Assembly (NCBI RefSeq): GCF_001194135.2 | Contig: NC_068999.1 | Location: 23,300,754-23,339,568 of the forward strand | From: Octopus bimaculoides | Taxonomy: Eukaryota | Length of the DNA stretch: 38,815 nt | Direction of reading: 5' to 3' | Made by a program: the position numbers and the translations under genes | The notes under the pieces: model-generated | What the model saw: the letters and a program-made list of their open reading frames with translations, nothing else | What the model was told of the DNA's origin: nothing | Database searches by the model: none | Shown here: positions 1 to 11,617 of the stretch, piece by piece | How the letters are laid out: each line of letters opens with the position of its first letter | Numbering within the stretch: the stretch's first letter is position 1

Positions 1-271
1 GATCGTTGCCAGTGCCCCTGGACTGGCTCTTGTGCGGGTGGCACATAAAATACACCATTTTGAGCGTGGCCGTTGCCAGTACCGCCTGACTGGCCTTCGT
101 GCGGGTGACACGTAAAAGCACCCACTACACTCTCAGAGTGGTTGGCGTTAGGAAGGGCATCCAGCTGTAGAAACTCTGCCAAATCAGATTGGAGCCTGGT
201 GTAGCCATCTGGTTTCACCAGTCCTCAGTCAAATCGTCCAACCCATGCTAGCATGGAAAACGGACGTTAAG

Positions 272-302
<31 letters not shown>
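1..302 (+). mobile_element. 3' end (3' UTR with (GAT)n tail) of an RTE-clade LINE, cut by the window start
   Basis: Near-identical to the sequence that follows the RTE ORF end at 24089-24460. It ends in CCATGCTAGCATGGAAAACGGACGTTAA and (GAT)n. Confidence 0.8.
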
Positions 303-554
303 ATATATATTGGATGTGGTACTGATGAAAGAGCAGTACCTTTTGAAATATGCCTGTTAACTGATTACCTATTTTTCCTACCTTTGATTGTATTGTTTAC
401 ATAGATGTATTCATATATGAAATGTTGAAACCTTCAGTGCTGGCTCTGAATTCTGTAGAAAATCTGTAAGACATGACATGGACAGCTGCAATGGAAACTA
501 TGAGGATATGGCCATCAAGAAGGGATACAGCAGGTGTTCTGACTGCGTTCACTA

Positions 555-756
555 GCCAGAATTCATTCAACAACTGACTCAAATCAGATGGCTATGTAAA
601 GCTGCTGGAAACTGGACTCCTAGCCATACCTCCAGAAAGAGTCCGAAATTGTTGGAGATTTTGTATGACTTCACCAGCCCCATTTTCTGGTTTCTTATTC
701 TCCCCAATTGTAATCCCATGGATTACTATGAACAGGGCACTGTTGAGAAAGACACC
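555..756 (+). mobile_element. Degenerate Tc1/mariner transposase remnant
   Basis: Broken frames read ..DGYVKLLET.. then HTSRKS..DFTSP.FW....NCNPMDYY..GTVEKDT, resembling the WPPxSPDxNPxDY motif region. Confidence 0.55.
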
Positions 757-763
757 ATTTATA

Positions 764-1112
764 GGTGCAGGTGTGGCTGTGCGGTGGGAAGTTGTTCTCC
801 CCAGCCACATGCTTCAAGGTACAGTCCCACTGTGTGGCACCTTGGGCATGTGTCTTTTAATGTAACCTCAGCCAACCAAGACCTTGTGAGAGGATTTGGT
901 GGACATAGGTTGGGAGAGGCCCTTCGTATGTGTATGTATCTTTGTGTCTGTCTCCTTCCACCTGTAACTTAGTGGTTCAGCATAAGAGACTGATAAAATA
1001 AGTACCAGGCTCAAAAAATAAGTATTGAGATTGATTTGTTGAACTGAAATTCTTCTAGGCAATGCTCCAGCATGGCCACAAACTAATGGCTTATACAAAT
1101 AAAAAATAAAAA
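764..1112 (+). mobile_element. tRNA-derived SINE, family A (old, CpG-decayed copy)
   Basis: Colinear with the full-length copy at 15820-16230: GGTGCAGGTGTGGCTGT head through ...CAGCATGGCCACA...AAATAAAAAATAAAA tail. Confidence 0.7.
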
Positions 1113-1242
1113 TGAATCATGCACACATGTTTGTGTATGTACATATTATATGTTAATGTTTGTCTTTTGTGTTCTGTTGTACTAAAAAACAATTTTACAT
1201 CCATCTGATGGATTACTTTCAACTTTCATAGAGGACAATTTT

Positions 1243-1862
1243 AGAATCTTTTCTGTTTGGCTGCTATTTTTCAATTTCTTCAATTTTTGTTCCAATTGAT
1301 TTTATATTTGGTTTATATAGTTTTGTAAATCTATCGTTTACATGAAATTCATTTTAGCCATAAATCAATAAATAAAGAGTTAATAGCTTTAAAGTATGCA
1401 AATTGTGGATAATTTTAGTAAATCAAAAGCCTCAGATATATAGGTGTCTGTTTCCATAGTAACAAGCCAAGCTGTTACCAAGCTTCTCACCACATGCTCC
1501 TTTTGTTGCTTATTAGATGCTTAAAATGCATTCAGTATGAGGTGATCCATATGAAAAATCCTCAAAAATTTTCTGAAAATTCAAAACAAAAAAAGTTTTG
1601 AGGTGTTATATGGCATACATAAAACAGAATTCCGCCAATATTTTATTCGTTTTCAGTTGACATGTGCTGTCTTTGCACAAAATGACTGCTTCCAAATCTT
1701 GTTTTCTGACTGGGTAAAAATTATCAAACTTTAAACCTCTAACTTTTTTTTTTTTTTAATTTCTGGAAAAAGTGAATTGTCTCCTGAGATTCAACATGGA
1801 AAATTACATCAATACACCAAATTTTAAAATTTTCACAAGTGCAGCCAAACAGAATAGATCCC
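1243..1862. mobile_element. Non-autonomous TIR element, about 620 bp, superfamily unassigned
   Basis: TTCTGTTTGGCTGC (1251-1264) is the exact reverse complement of GCAGCCAAACAGAA (1841-1854), extendable to about 22 bp with mismatches. Both ends are flanked by AATTTT. Confidence 0.55.
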
Positions 1863-2243
1863 AATTTTATTAGTCTTAGACAAGAACATTATTGACAGTG
1901 ACTTCAAAATTTCGGCCAGTTAGGCCATTGCTGGACTGCAATGCATTGAAGTTAATCCTTACATTTTATAGTCTTTGTTGATTTAAAATCTTCCTTGGGT
2001 CTGTGTTCAGTTGAGTGGTAATTAGGCTTTTGAGGTGTTATGGAAGAGTGTTTTGGGGAAATTTTTATTGATCAAATTTGGGGTTATATTATTGTTTAAT
2101 GTATGTGGAACTTTGTAAGCAAATGTGAATATTTAGGTTTGTCCGTTTTGGGATACACCTAAATATATATGCCTTATAGTGCCTTTTAGGCTGTGCAATA
2201 ATTTTTTATGTATCAAACCAAACATATGAACTTTTTACTTTGA

Positions 2244-2464
2244 TCCTTTAGCATTTAAACCAGCTGTATCCAGCCAAAATATTCTACCTGTCCTATGTTG
2301 AGACTGGCCAGATCTGGCTTCTCACAACTACCCTAGAATGTCATTCTCAAAAATTAGCAATCACATCATTAATATCTCAAAGCTTAAAGATAATGCACGG
2401 TTAATTCAAAACAATGTGAATGAATAAGTATAACATTTTACCATGTAATTTAAATGCTAAAAGG
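2244..2464. mobile_element. About 220-bp MITE with CCTTTAGCATT termini at TTAA (piggyBac/Kolobok-type target)
   Basis: TIRs are CCTTTAGCATTTAAA and TTTAAATGCTAAAAGG. The right flank is TTAA and the left is TTGA. Related copies lie at 26665-26875 (inverted) and about 31890-31990 (partial). Confidence 0.65.
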
Positions 2465-2763
2465 TTAAATGTTATTTATTGTCAGATTCCTGAAATTTAA
2501 ATAACAATAATCTGGTTGGTATTACATTGAGAAACGATTTGAGAACTCTGTAGCCACACTGTCTAGGACAGGGAAGAATTTATCTGATTTGAAAGAAACC
2601 CTACTGCTATCTGGTAGGGAAAAGCTTTTTCGAAAAACCTCAAGGTTACCTTCAAATTATCCAGTACCCCATATATTATCAGTTATTTTAATAGTACCCT
2701 GGTACCTTTGAGAAGAGGTTAATCATAGAATCAGAACTAAATGCCTTTTACTTTTTGTTCCAG

Positions 2764-2954
2764 CAATGGGATTGGGATATGTGGATGAGAGCTAACTTTA
2801 TCCGCAAAGATCGTGAATGCATCATTCCAGATATTTCCCGAACCTACCATTTTGGCTCCAAAGGAATCAACATGAACCCGTATTTTCAGGAAGTTTATTT
2901 TAAAAAGCATTCTTTCATGACTTTACCAAACGTTCAACTGAAAGACATTGATAA
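2764..2954 (+). CDS. POMGNT1: POMGNT1 internal coding exon (191 nt; [63 protein letters not shown]+AA)
   Basis: Acceptor ttccag (AG 2762-2763) and donor gtaagt (2955). The translation closely matches the GT13 catalytic region of POMGNT1 as recalled (WDWDMWMR...RECIIPD.SR.YHFG..G.NMN.YF.E.YFKKH). Confidence 0.96.
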
Positions 2955-3089
2955 GTAAGTTGCTTGCGTTCATTTTTGCACACCTAATTTATGAAGCTGG
3001 TTTGTTATCTCATTTAATCATTTTACTTATTGCTGTTTCCTTTTGTTTTTATTTTTAAAACACACACACACACACACACACATACACAT

Positions 3090-3510
3090 GAAAGTGTGAC
3101 TGTGTGGTTAAGTTGCTTGCTGCCTAATCATGTTGTCTCAGGTTCAGTCACACTGTGTGGCACCTTGGGCAAGTGTCTTCTACTATAACTATGGACCAAC
3201 CAAAGCCTTATGAGTGGATTTGATAGCTGGAAACAGAAATGGCTGTCTTGTGCATGTGTGTATGTGTATATATGTCTTTGTGTATTTATGTGTATGTTTG
3301 TGTGTACTCTTTCTTTATATCTCATGATGGTTGTAAATGATTATCATCATGCAAATGATATTTGTTTGTAGTCTTCTATGAAAAGCATGATTGACCATGA
3401 GGAAATATTGTCTTGCTTGGAAGCAAGTGAGGATTGGTGACAGGAAAGGCATTCAGACATAGAGAATCTGTCTCAACAAATTGTTTGACTCATGGAATCA
3501 TGTAGAAGTG
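3090..3510 (+). mobile_element. SINE subfamily with family-A tRNA head and RTE-like 3' tail
   Basis: The head matches family A (CTGTGTGGTTAAG...GGTTCAGTC...CCTTGGGCAAGTGTCTTCTACTATA). The tail TTGG.G.CAGGAA.GGCAT.CAG..ATAGA.AATCTG resembles the RTE 3' UTR. A second partial copy lies at about 8315-8590. Confidence 0.55.
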
Positions 3511-4482
3511 ACTCTCTCACACACACACACATCAAATAAATCAGTAGTGTCATTAGAGCATTACCTAGACTACCTTGTAGTACATCTTCTGATTCTCTGC
3601 ATTCTGGGTTCAAATTCCTGCTGAGGTTAACTTTGCCTTTCTTCTTCCTTTTGTACTTGATTAAAAAAGTGTGAATCCAGGATGTTGGATCACTGAAACT
3701 GTTAGCATATTGGATGGGATCTCTTGTGTTATCTGGCTCTTTGCATTGTAACAGTAACACCTTTGACAACGCTGTATCAGCCTTATGTTTCCTTTAGACA
3801 TCATCAGTGGTGGGGAGAAGAAAAGGTTGCATGCATGGGCAACTGCAGACCTTTCTCAAAATAAAACCTTGCCCAGGCTTGTGCCTTAGAAAAGGGCCTT
3901 CTAGATGCAGAGATCCATGGACTGAAGAGGACCTTAGAATATCTATAGATGTGCGTGTATATACATATACACTCACGTGAACGTTGATTGGACCACTTGT
4001 TACCACTTGAATCACTTGGTAATATTCTAATTAATTATATCTGTGCATGAATGAACAGTTTTGAGAACATTTCAAAAAAGTTTCCAAGCTATTGTTTTAA
4101 TGAACAAATTCTTTAAAAAGGTATAGCAACCTTTCAAAGTAATTTAATGTACAATGGCTAGTTTTAGAATATTGTTTCTTTTGTTAATATGAAAATCATT
4201 TTTCTTCTGCATGACAGACAGATCATGTAAATATATAAGAAGCATATTCAAATAATCACTTCAGTATATTGGCATTGTGTACAAATACGATAATAAATGG
4301 TTTGCACTCCATTTTCCAAGAAAATGAAAAATAAAATAAGTAACACTGATTACAATTAAATTACAATATCATTAATTGAGTACAGCATAACAATTCATTA
4401 GTAACAATAGCTTGATTGCATTGGTAACTATATGCAACTGTCTACACATTTACATAATTCCATTAATAACTGAAAGAAGTGT

Positions 4483-4800
4483 TCAGCTGGGTTGCTGTTT
4501 TGCTTCTAAGCCTGGCAGTGTAGGTTCAAATATACCTGACATTAGTGGCAATGTTGGATCTAACATGATGTTGATTGATGACATATGAGAGTATATTCCC
4601 TGTTGAGCCTCTTTTATTAGAATGCAAAAGTAATTATGAAATTTGCAGTTCTGATATCTACTAGTGAGCTTTCTACTTGGTTGTAGAGAAGTTATCAAAC
4701 AACAATTCATTTTACCATGTGTAGTGAACTCCCTGACAAAAATCCTGTCTTTGAGCTCTAGTCATCTTGAATCAGATGTTCCCTATTTAGATTACCAAGT
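4483..4800 (-). mobile_element. Highly degenerate LINE (RTE-like) C-terminal fragment
   Basis: RKL....CKFH..FCILI...QGI..H..S.N.ML weakly resembles the RTE pattern R.L..FH.RCLR.IL.I.W.D.V.N.EVL. Confidence 0.3.
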
Positions 4801-7159
4801 CTGTTGTAACCCTGCAATAACTAGTTTCTCCCCCACTACACATTCTATCAACTCCAGTGTAACTTATGTCTTGCACATTTATAACAAACTTGCTGTGATG
4901 TGACAAGGTAGTGAAGACTGATCTCAGGACCTTGAATCCCATGGACTGAGATGGCTGGTGATGTGTGGTTCTCTAGAAGACCTGCCCTCATCAACATAAC
5001 TGAGCTCCAACAGAACTCTGTGTGTGTGTGTGTGTGTGTACATGTGCAATTAGGCCCTCCACCCAATTCCTTCCCCTTCAAGACATCTACCACCCACCAC
5101 CTCCCTAACTGCTGTCCCTCTCTTACTACCCACGACTACTTTGCTTGTTATCCATCATTCATCCATTATTCTCATCTCCACCCATACTTTCAATGATCCA
5201 CTCCCACTGTGCCACTAAATTACCCACCAGCTACATACATCCCACCCAACTACATACACTGAGCCTGCCTCCCTCCTTCTCTCTCTTCCCCATCCACTCC
5301 TGCAACCTACCCAACAGCATGTCAGCTCTCTTTCATTCCTCTATTTACTGTACTGCACCAGACAAACCCTGCTTCTCCTACTTACTTCTGACACCCTTCC
5401 ACTACTCATTCCTACTCACCTTGTACCAGAGATACAATTAGCATCTTACAGTTTCCTTCTACTAAATTCACTTGCATGGCTTTGGTCAGCCAAAGACTGT
5501 AGTAGAAGACATAACACCAAAGTCAATGGTTGGTAAATCTTTCATGTTTTTTTTAATGAACTGAAACTAGAGGAATTTGAAATAATAAAGTAATTTCTTC
5601 AAAACTGACTTTTTCCCCACAGCAATGAAAACAGGACAAGGAAGTGATGCAAGGCCATAAGAAAATTAATATTAAAAGAAAATTTAAATGTTACAAGGCT
5701 AATTAAACTAATGCACATTAAATTAGTTGAAATTTTTTATGCTATGTGATTAGTAATTAGTATATTATTTCACACAGATATTGTGATTAGTAAAGTAATA
5801 TACATGTAGACCATCCTGCACCTGAAAGGAGAGGGATAGAAGCTAGCACAATGAGCAGAAGTTTGATAAATTAGTTGACAGATCTTCAATTAAACCTGTC
5901 ACCAGCCGTGTCAGTATTAAAATTGTTTGTTTAAAAACTGTTCTCATTACATAATTATTTACATTTTTATACTCTGTTTAGTAACAGTCAATAAAATATA
6001 ATTGTAAATATAATTAACAACAGACTGGAGGTTGGCAGTCAATATATTGTTTAGCTACATCTGGATGCGTTTAAATTCATTTTTGATAACATGCTCATGA
6101 ATTATTTATAAAAAAAAAAAAAAAGAAAAGAAGAAGGAAACTGCATATATAATACATAACTTAGAAGCAGCGCTATGGATGTGCCAGCACACATGAGCTT
6201 GAGACATGGCCACCCTCACACACTTCTCATGAGGAATTCTGAAAGGAGCTTCGTGAGACCACTGCAGAGACACTTCCAGGGAAAAAAATCGATTATAGCA
6301 GTGACTTGATCAATTCCTAGGGATATCTGAAGAAGGAATTTTTGTATTCCGAAATATTATATCAGACTATGGATGATTAAATCATAACACTTATAATAGT
6401 CCATTCTTGTTATTATAATGCATTGTTGTGCCATTCAAGACACATTATATTTTACAAACAATACACAATGCTTCAAGTGAACTACAATACTCTATTATAA
6501 TTGTCCATTATAGTAAACCACCAGCCAAGTGATTTTGGTATTCTAATTTTAACCATTTGAATCCATTTATCAATGTTTTAAGAATGAAAGATAGTCAGCT
6601 TTACCCTAATTTATACATAATGTATGACGAAAAGAATTTTATTTTCTGAAATTAGGCAGTCCATACACATATCCATAGTTATATACACTTTGTCAGATTT
6701 GCTCAATTTCTCTTTCTGCTGCCTTTTTCTATTTGTCTTAAATGAACAGAATTTTTAGAAAATTACCATTTCATTCCCTCATTCTGTAAAGCTACTTGAT
6801 ATTGATTTTCCAATGGGATTCAGACATTCTGTGGGTCAGTAAATACATTCAACTGGACTAATCAATTTAATCTTCATTATTAGGGCATTTCTTTTTTATT
6901 TACCAGCCAGATTTGGGGTTCCATGAGAGTCAGATGTATAACAACTCAGCTCTGATCAATTTTAACTAGGATGAATATATGCAACTAATTTCAACAACCT
7001 TTCTTTTATATACACTGTTCAGCTTATATCTTTCCTACATTATAGTTGTTATACAAAGGATTTCAACATAGGCAGTATTCAGTCAACCTTTTTTTTTCAG
7101 TGTCATTTTATAGATCATTAAAAATAAAGACTTCTTTGAAGAGAACAATCTATCTACAC

Positions 7160-7577
7160 CATCATCATCATCGTTTAATGTCCACTTTCCATGCTAGCAT
7201 GGGTTGGATGATTTGACTGAGGACTGGTGAACCAGATGGCTGCACAAGGCTCCAATCTGATCTGGCAGAGTTTCTACAGCTGGATGCCCTCCCTAACACC
7301 AACCACTCCGAGAGTGTAGTGGGTGCTTTTACGTGCCACCGGCAAGAGGGCCAGTCAGGCGGTACTGGCAACAGCCATGCTCAATTGGTGTTTTTTACGT
7401 TCCACCTGCACAGGAGCCAGTCCAGCGGCACTGGCAACAACCTCGCTCAAATGTTTTTTCACATGCCACTGGCACAAGTGCCAGTAAGGTGATGCTGGTA
7501 ACAAACATGTTCGAATGGTACTTTTTGCGTGCCACTGGCATGGAAGCCAGTCAACTGCTCTGGCAGCGATTTGTCTC
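7160..7577 (-). mobile_element. RTE LINE 3' UTR copy with internal tandem subrepeats
   Basis: Starts with (CAT)n CGTTTAATGTCCACTTTCCATGCTAGCATGGG and is the reverse complement of the 1-302 family. GCCAGT...CTGGCAAC units are repeated. Confidence 0.8.
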
Positions 7578-7934
7578 AATGCTTAATGAAACATTACCTG
7601 TTTTTTGCTGTGGTTGCAGTTGCCAAGTCTCTGCATAAGTCGATTAGTCTCAATAGTCCTTAATCACATTCTGTAGCATACCTCTATTTATCTTATTAAT
7701 AGTCATTTATTAAGACTGGCAACTCAGTCAAAAGAATAGAAATAGCCTTCTGATGTCCCCTTGATTTTTCAGCCTTCTGGTATCTCCTTTATTCCTTTCC
7801 CACATCATTCCTTTCATGCTTTTTAATCATGATTTGATCTAACACTATAAGCAAGTAGATTCCCAAACAAATTACTTTTTGGTAGTTGTAATGTTCTCTA
7901 TCTCTTGATTTATATCTCAATATATTAGTTTCAA

Positions 7935-8135
7935 ATTTTAGCACAAGGCCAGCAAATTCAGGAGAGGTGGAGTAAGTCAATTACATTGACACCCCCTCCC
8001 CGCGAGTTCAACTGGTACATATTTTATCAACCCTGAATGATGAAAGGCAAAGTTGACCTTAGTGCAATTTGAAATCTGAACATAAAGACATGAAATGCTG
8101 CTAAGCATTTTGCCCAGCATGCTGACGATTCTGCC
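7935..8135 (-). mobile_element. SINE-like family D copy
   Basis: Reverse complement of 32564-32725 (GCTGGCAAAATC...AAATGCTTAGC...TTTGCCTTTCATC). Another copy at about 33350-33830 is split by the SINE at 33470. Confidence 0.55.
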
Positions 8136-8580
8136 AGCTTGCTGCTTTATATATTCTGAATATATTAAGGGTTTTATGGACAGTGATTTACCAGAGATAG
8201 TAGCATATTGGACCTTGCAACATTTGATGCTGTTCCTTTATCTTCCATGTTTTGCTGGAATTGATAAAATAAACACCATTAATAAACTAGATAATAAATC
8301 AAAGCCTTGTGAGTAGATGTGGCAGACGGAAACTGAAAGAAGCACATTGTGTGTGTGTGGGGGCAGAGGCAGTTGTGCCACCATGTCTTTACATCACGTT
8401 AGTTGTACATTATTGTTACTGTCATACAAGCAGTGTTCTTCATCTGCAATCTGTGAAAACATGTCTGACTATGGGGGTGGGGAGAATATTACCTTGCTTG
8501 GAAACAGGCATGGGTCGGTGGCAGGAAGGGCATCTGGCCATAGGAAATCTGCTTCAACAAATTTATCCAATTTATGCAAG

Positions 8581-8997
8581 CATCAAAACATGACTACATC
8601 TGTCCCTTATAAACATCAAAACATGAATCAAAGCATCAAAACATGAATACATCTGTCCCTTATAAACATCAAAACATGAATCAAAGCATCAAAACATGAA
8701 TACATCTGTCCCTTATAAACATCAAAACATGAATCAAAGCATCAAAACATGAATACATCTGTCCCTTATANNNNNNNNNNNNNNNNNNNNNNNNNNNNNN
8801 NNNNNNNNNNNNNNNNNNNNNNCTACATCTGTCCCTTATAAACATCAAAACATGAATCAAAGCATCAAAACATGAATACATCTGTCCCTTATAAACATCA
8901 AAACATGAATCAAAGCATCAAAACATGAATACATCTGTCCCTTATAAACATCAAAACATGAATCAAAGCATCAAAACATGAATACATCTGTCCCTTA
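8581..8997. repeat. 53-bp minisatellite, at least 7 units, interrupted by a 52-N gap (8771-8822)
   Basis: Unit CATCAAAACATGAATACATCTGTCCCTTATAAACATCAAAACATGAATCAAAG starts at 8581, 8634, 8687 and 8740 and resumes after the gap. Confidence 0.95.
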
Positions 8998-9218
8998 TTA
9001 CAATTCATAACTAATCAGTCGTTGCTTTGCTTCACATTATGGTTCAAATTCTATCACCCAACAAGTGATAATAGAAGTGCCAGTAAGTGGTACACTAGAG
9101 GTGATTACTACTATCTGCACCCACAAACTAGACATTTTCTACTAAAATTCTATTTATCATCATCATTGTGCTCATATTTTAATAAATATTACTAAAAATA
9201 TATTTTATTTGGTTTCAG

Positions 9219-9327
9219 GATGAAGAAAGACTATTATGAGGTTCTTATCAAGCAACTTATCCAAGATGCCAAACTTTTAAATCACAGCCACCCTCCTTGT
9301 TCAGAAGACTTTGTTCCTAATACCAAG
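9219..9327 (+). CDS. POMGNT1: POMGNT1 coding exon (109 nt; G+MKKDYYEVLIKQLIQDAKLLNHSHPPCSEDFVPNTK)
   Basis: Boundaries are tttcag| and |gtaaat. It completes the phase-2 codon AA+G. It aligns with human [36 protein letters not shown] as recalled. Confidence 0.93.
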
Positions 9328-9466
9328 GTAAATGTTATTTTAAGCATAAACATCTTTGTTGGGTTTTTTAAAAATTTTATTTGTGATAATTGTTCTTAGT
9401 AATAACAAAATTTTAAAAAAAGGCTGTCTTACTGTGCAATTATCACATTCCAAACATGTACATTTA

Positions 9467-11262
9467 TGAGGGTAGGCTGAAAAGTTCATAGGCCGACTAT
9501 GAAGGAGTGATACTAGAGCTGTGAAATCTGGCATGCATTAATTTCTCCCCTTATTGATAACTGCATTGTTTCTCTCCAGGTTAACCGACAGCTGACTATT
9601 CAAAGTAGACTTCAAAAGTATTGGGTCATCCCATTAATAGTGCAGTTTTTTTTTATACTTCTTTTGTTTTTCAAAATTAAGATAAAATTCTTTTTTAATC
9701 TAAAATATACTCCTTCATTTTCTACAATACTCTTCCATCTATCTGGTAGACTTGCAAGCCTCCTCTTCCAAAATTCACTTGTCTGTGACGAAAAATACTC
9801 CTCCAGTACTGTTCTGGCCCCATCTACAGAATTCATATTTTTTCCATCCAAATGATTTTGAAGACTGCAGAATAAATGATAACCAGATAGGGTAATGGTG
9901 GGTGAGGCATCATTTTCCATTCAAACTGCTCCAGCCTTTGGAATGTTATCCTCGCTATATGTGGCCGAGCATTATCCTGATGAAAGAACACCTTTGATCT
10001 TGAAACCAAAGATGGNNNNNNNNNNCATTTTCCATTCAAACTGCTCCAGCCTTTGGAATGTTATCCTCGCTATATGTGGCCGAGCATTATCCTGATGAAA
10101 GAACACCTTTGATCTTGAAACCAAAGATGGTCATTTTTCTTCTAATGCAAGTGTCGATGAAAGGCTAAATGACCAAATCCAAGCTTCTCTGCTAGTTCCT
10201 CAACAGTTGCGATGGGATTTCGTTCCACCAGGATTTCCAGGACAAGTCTTGTCTTCTAGGCTGTAGTTTCTGGCTCAGAATTTCTGGAACCTCCTTTGAC
10301 ACTGGCTTACCCTTATTGTCATATATTGCATTAATATTCCTCGCAGTTTCCATTGCGTTGTTGCCTTTATTGACTTCATAAAGCAAAATATTCTGAATAT
10401 GCTCCTTCGTCACTTCCATTATAGCTTTGAAAAAATGACTGTTAAAATCGAACTGCACTCTTCAAAACTTGCACTAAGAATAAGGACAAGGTAAAATTAC
10501 TACCTGCTTTTATAGCAAGTTGATGCAAGTAGTTTATCCCGCCCCACTTTGACTTTTAGTTCATGCAATTGAAAAAAACACATTATTTATGGGATGACCC
10601 AGTAACTAGTAGCAACTTCTCTTGAAAATGGACAAAATTTGGCATCTTAATGTTATCAAGTAACTGCAGAAAAAGGGTTTAGCCCCCAAGGACAGTCATG
10701 CTGATATGGTTGCTACATTAAGAGATGGCGCTCCAGCTTTATCAACTGTGCAAAAGTGGGCATCTGAATATAGGAAGGAATAGAGAGCCTTGAAGATGAC
10801 CCAAGGTCTAGACATCCAGCAACTGCCACCACCCAGGAGAACATAGATCCTGTTCACTGCATGGTGATGGATGACATGCGGTTGACTATAAATCAAGTAG
10901 CCAATGCTCTTTGCATATCCCACAAGAGAGTTGAGAATATTCTGCACAATGAACTTGGCATGATAGAGGATTCTACTTGGTGAGTGCTGCTTCTTCTGAC
11001 ACCTAATCGAAAGTGCATCAGGCTGATTGTATCATGAGAAAATCTGACATTGTCTGATGCAAATTCTGCTGGTTTCCTTTAATGTTTCCTAACCCAGAAC
11101 GAGTATTGGCTTCATCACTTTGAGCCAGAGACAAAGAGACAATCCATGCAGTGGAAAAGAAGGCCAAGATTGTTTCATCTGCAGGAAAGATGATGGCTTC
11201 AGTTTTTTGGGATGCAAAAGACATTGTCTTTGTTGACTATCTTCAAAAGGGTCACACCAATG
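9467..11262 (+). mobile_element. Mariner (outer element), 3'-truncated and split by a second mariner
   Basis: TA|TGAGGGTAGGCTGAAAAG terminus, with the ATG at 10628. Degenerate frames read MDKIW...KGLAPKD.HADMVATL...LEDDPRS..PATATTQENID and SAGKMMASVFWDAK..VFVDYLQKGHT. Confidence 0.85.
9621..10602 (-). mobile_element. Mariner (inner element, DD34D type), internally deleted, with both TIRs and TA TSD
   Basis: TA|TTGGGTCATCCCATTAATAGTG ... CATTATTTATGGGATGACCCAG|TA. Frames read MEVTKEHI..ILLYE.NKG, HQDNARPH and YHLFCSLQNHL. Confidence 0.92.
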
Positions 11263-11416
11263 TACTGTATTTCTGTTTCTTATTTATTGTATCTATCTTA
11301 TTTACATAGACAAAGGAAAATTTACAATAAGCATTTAGATCGCTAAGGTAGCTATTTAGAAAGTTTGCAGCACACACAAACACACACAGATTGATTATGT
11401 GCACATACACACACGC

Positions 11417-11458
<42 letters not shown>

Positions 11459-11545
11459 ACACACAAGAATATATTTGTAATTAGTAACTTTTATTATTTG
11501 TAGCTTTTATGTTTAAAATATTTTTTCTTGTTGCTCCATTTTTAG

Positions 11546-11617
11546 GATGAAATCTATGTGATGTACATAAATATGACTTCAGATAAAGACTACACAACAT
11601 GGAAACATCTAGCTAAA
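11546..11617 (+). CDS. POMGNT1: POMGNT1 coding exon (72 nt; DEIYVMYINMTSDKDYTTWKHLAK)
   Basis: Boundaries are ttttag| and |gtgagt, phase 0/0. It aligns with human [24 protein letters not shown] as recalled. Confidence 0.93.

Noticed and set aside
6165-6390. GC-richer island in the long POMGNT1 intron as a cryptic exon
   Set aside because: The flanking exons already join in phase with no missing residues, and no frame gives a recognisable product.
8581-8997. CRISPR-like appearance of the regular repeat
   Set aside because: The units are contiguous with no unique spacers, there are no cas genes, and the context is a eukaryotic intron.
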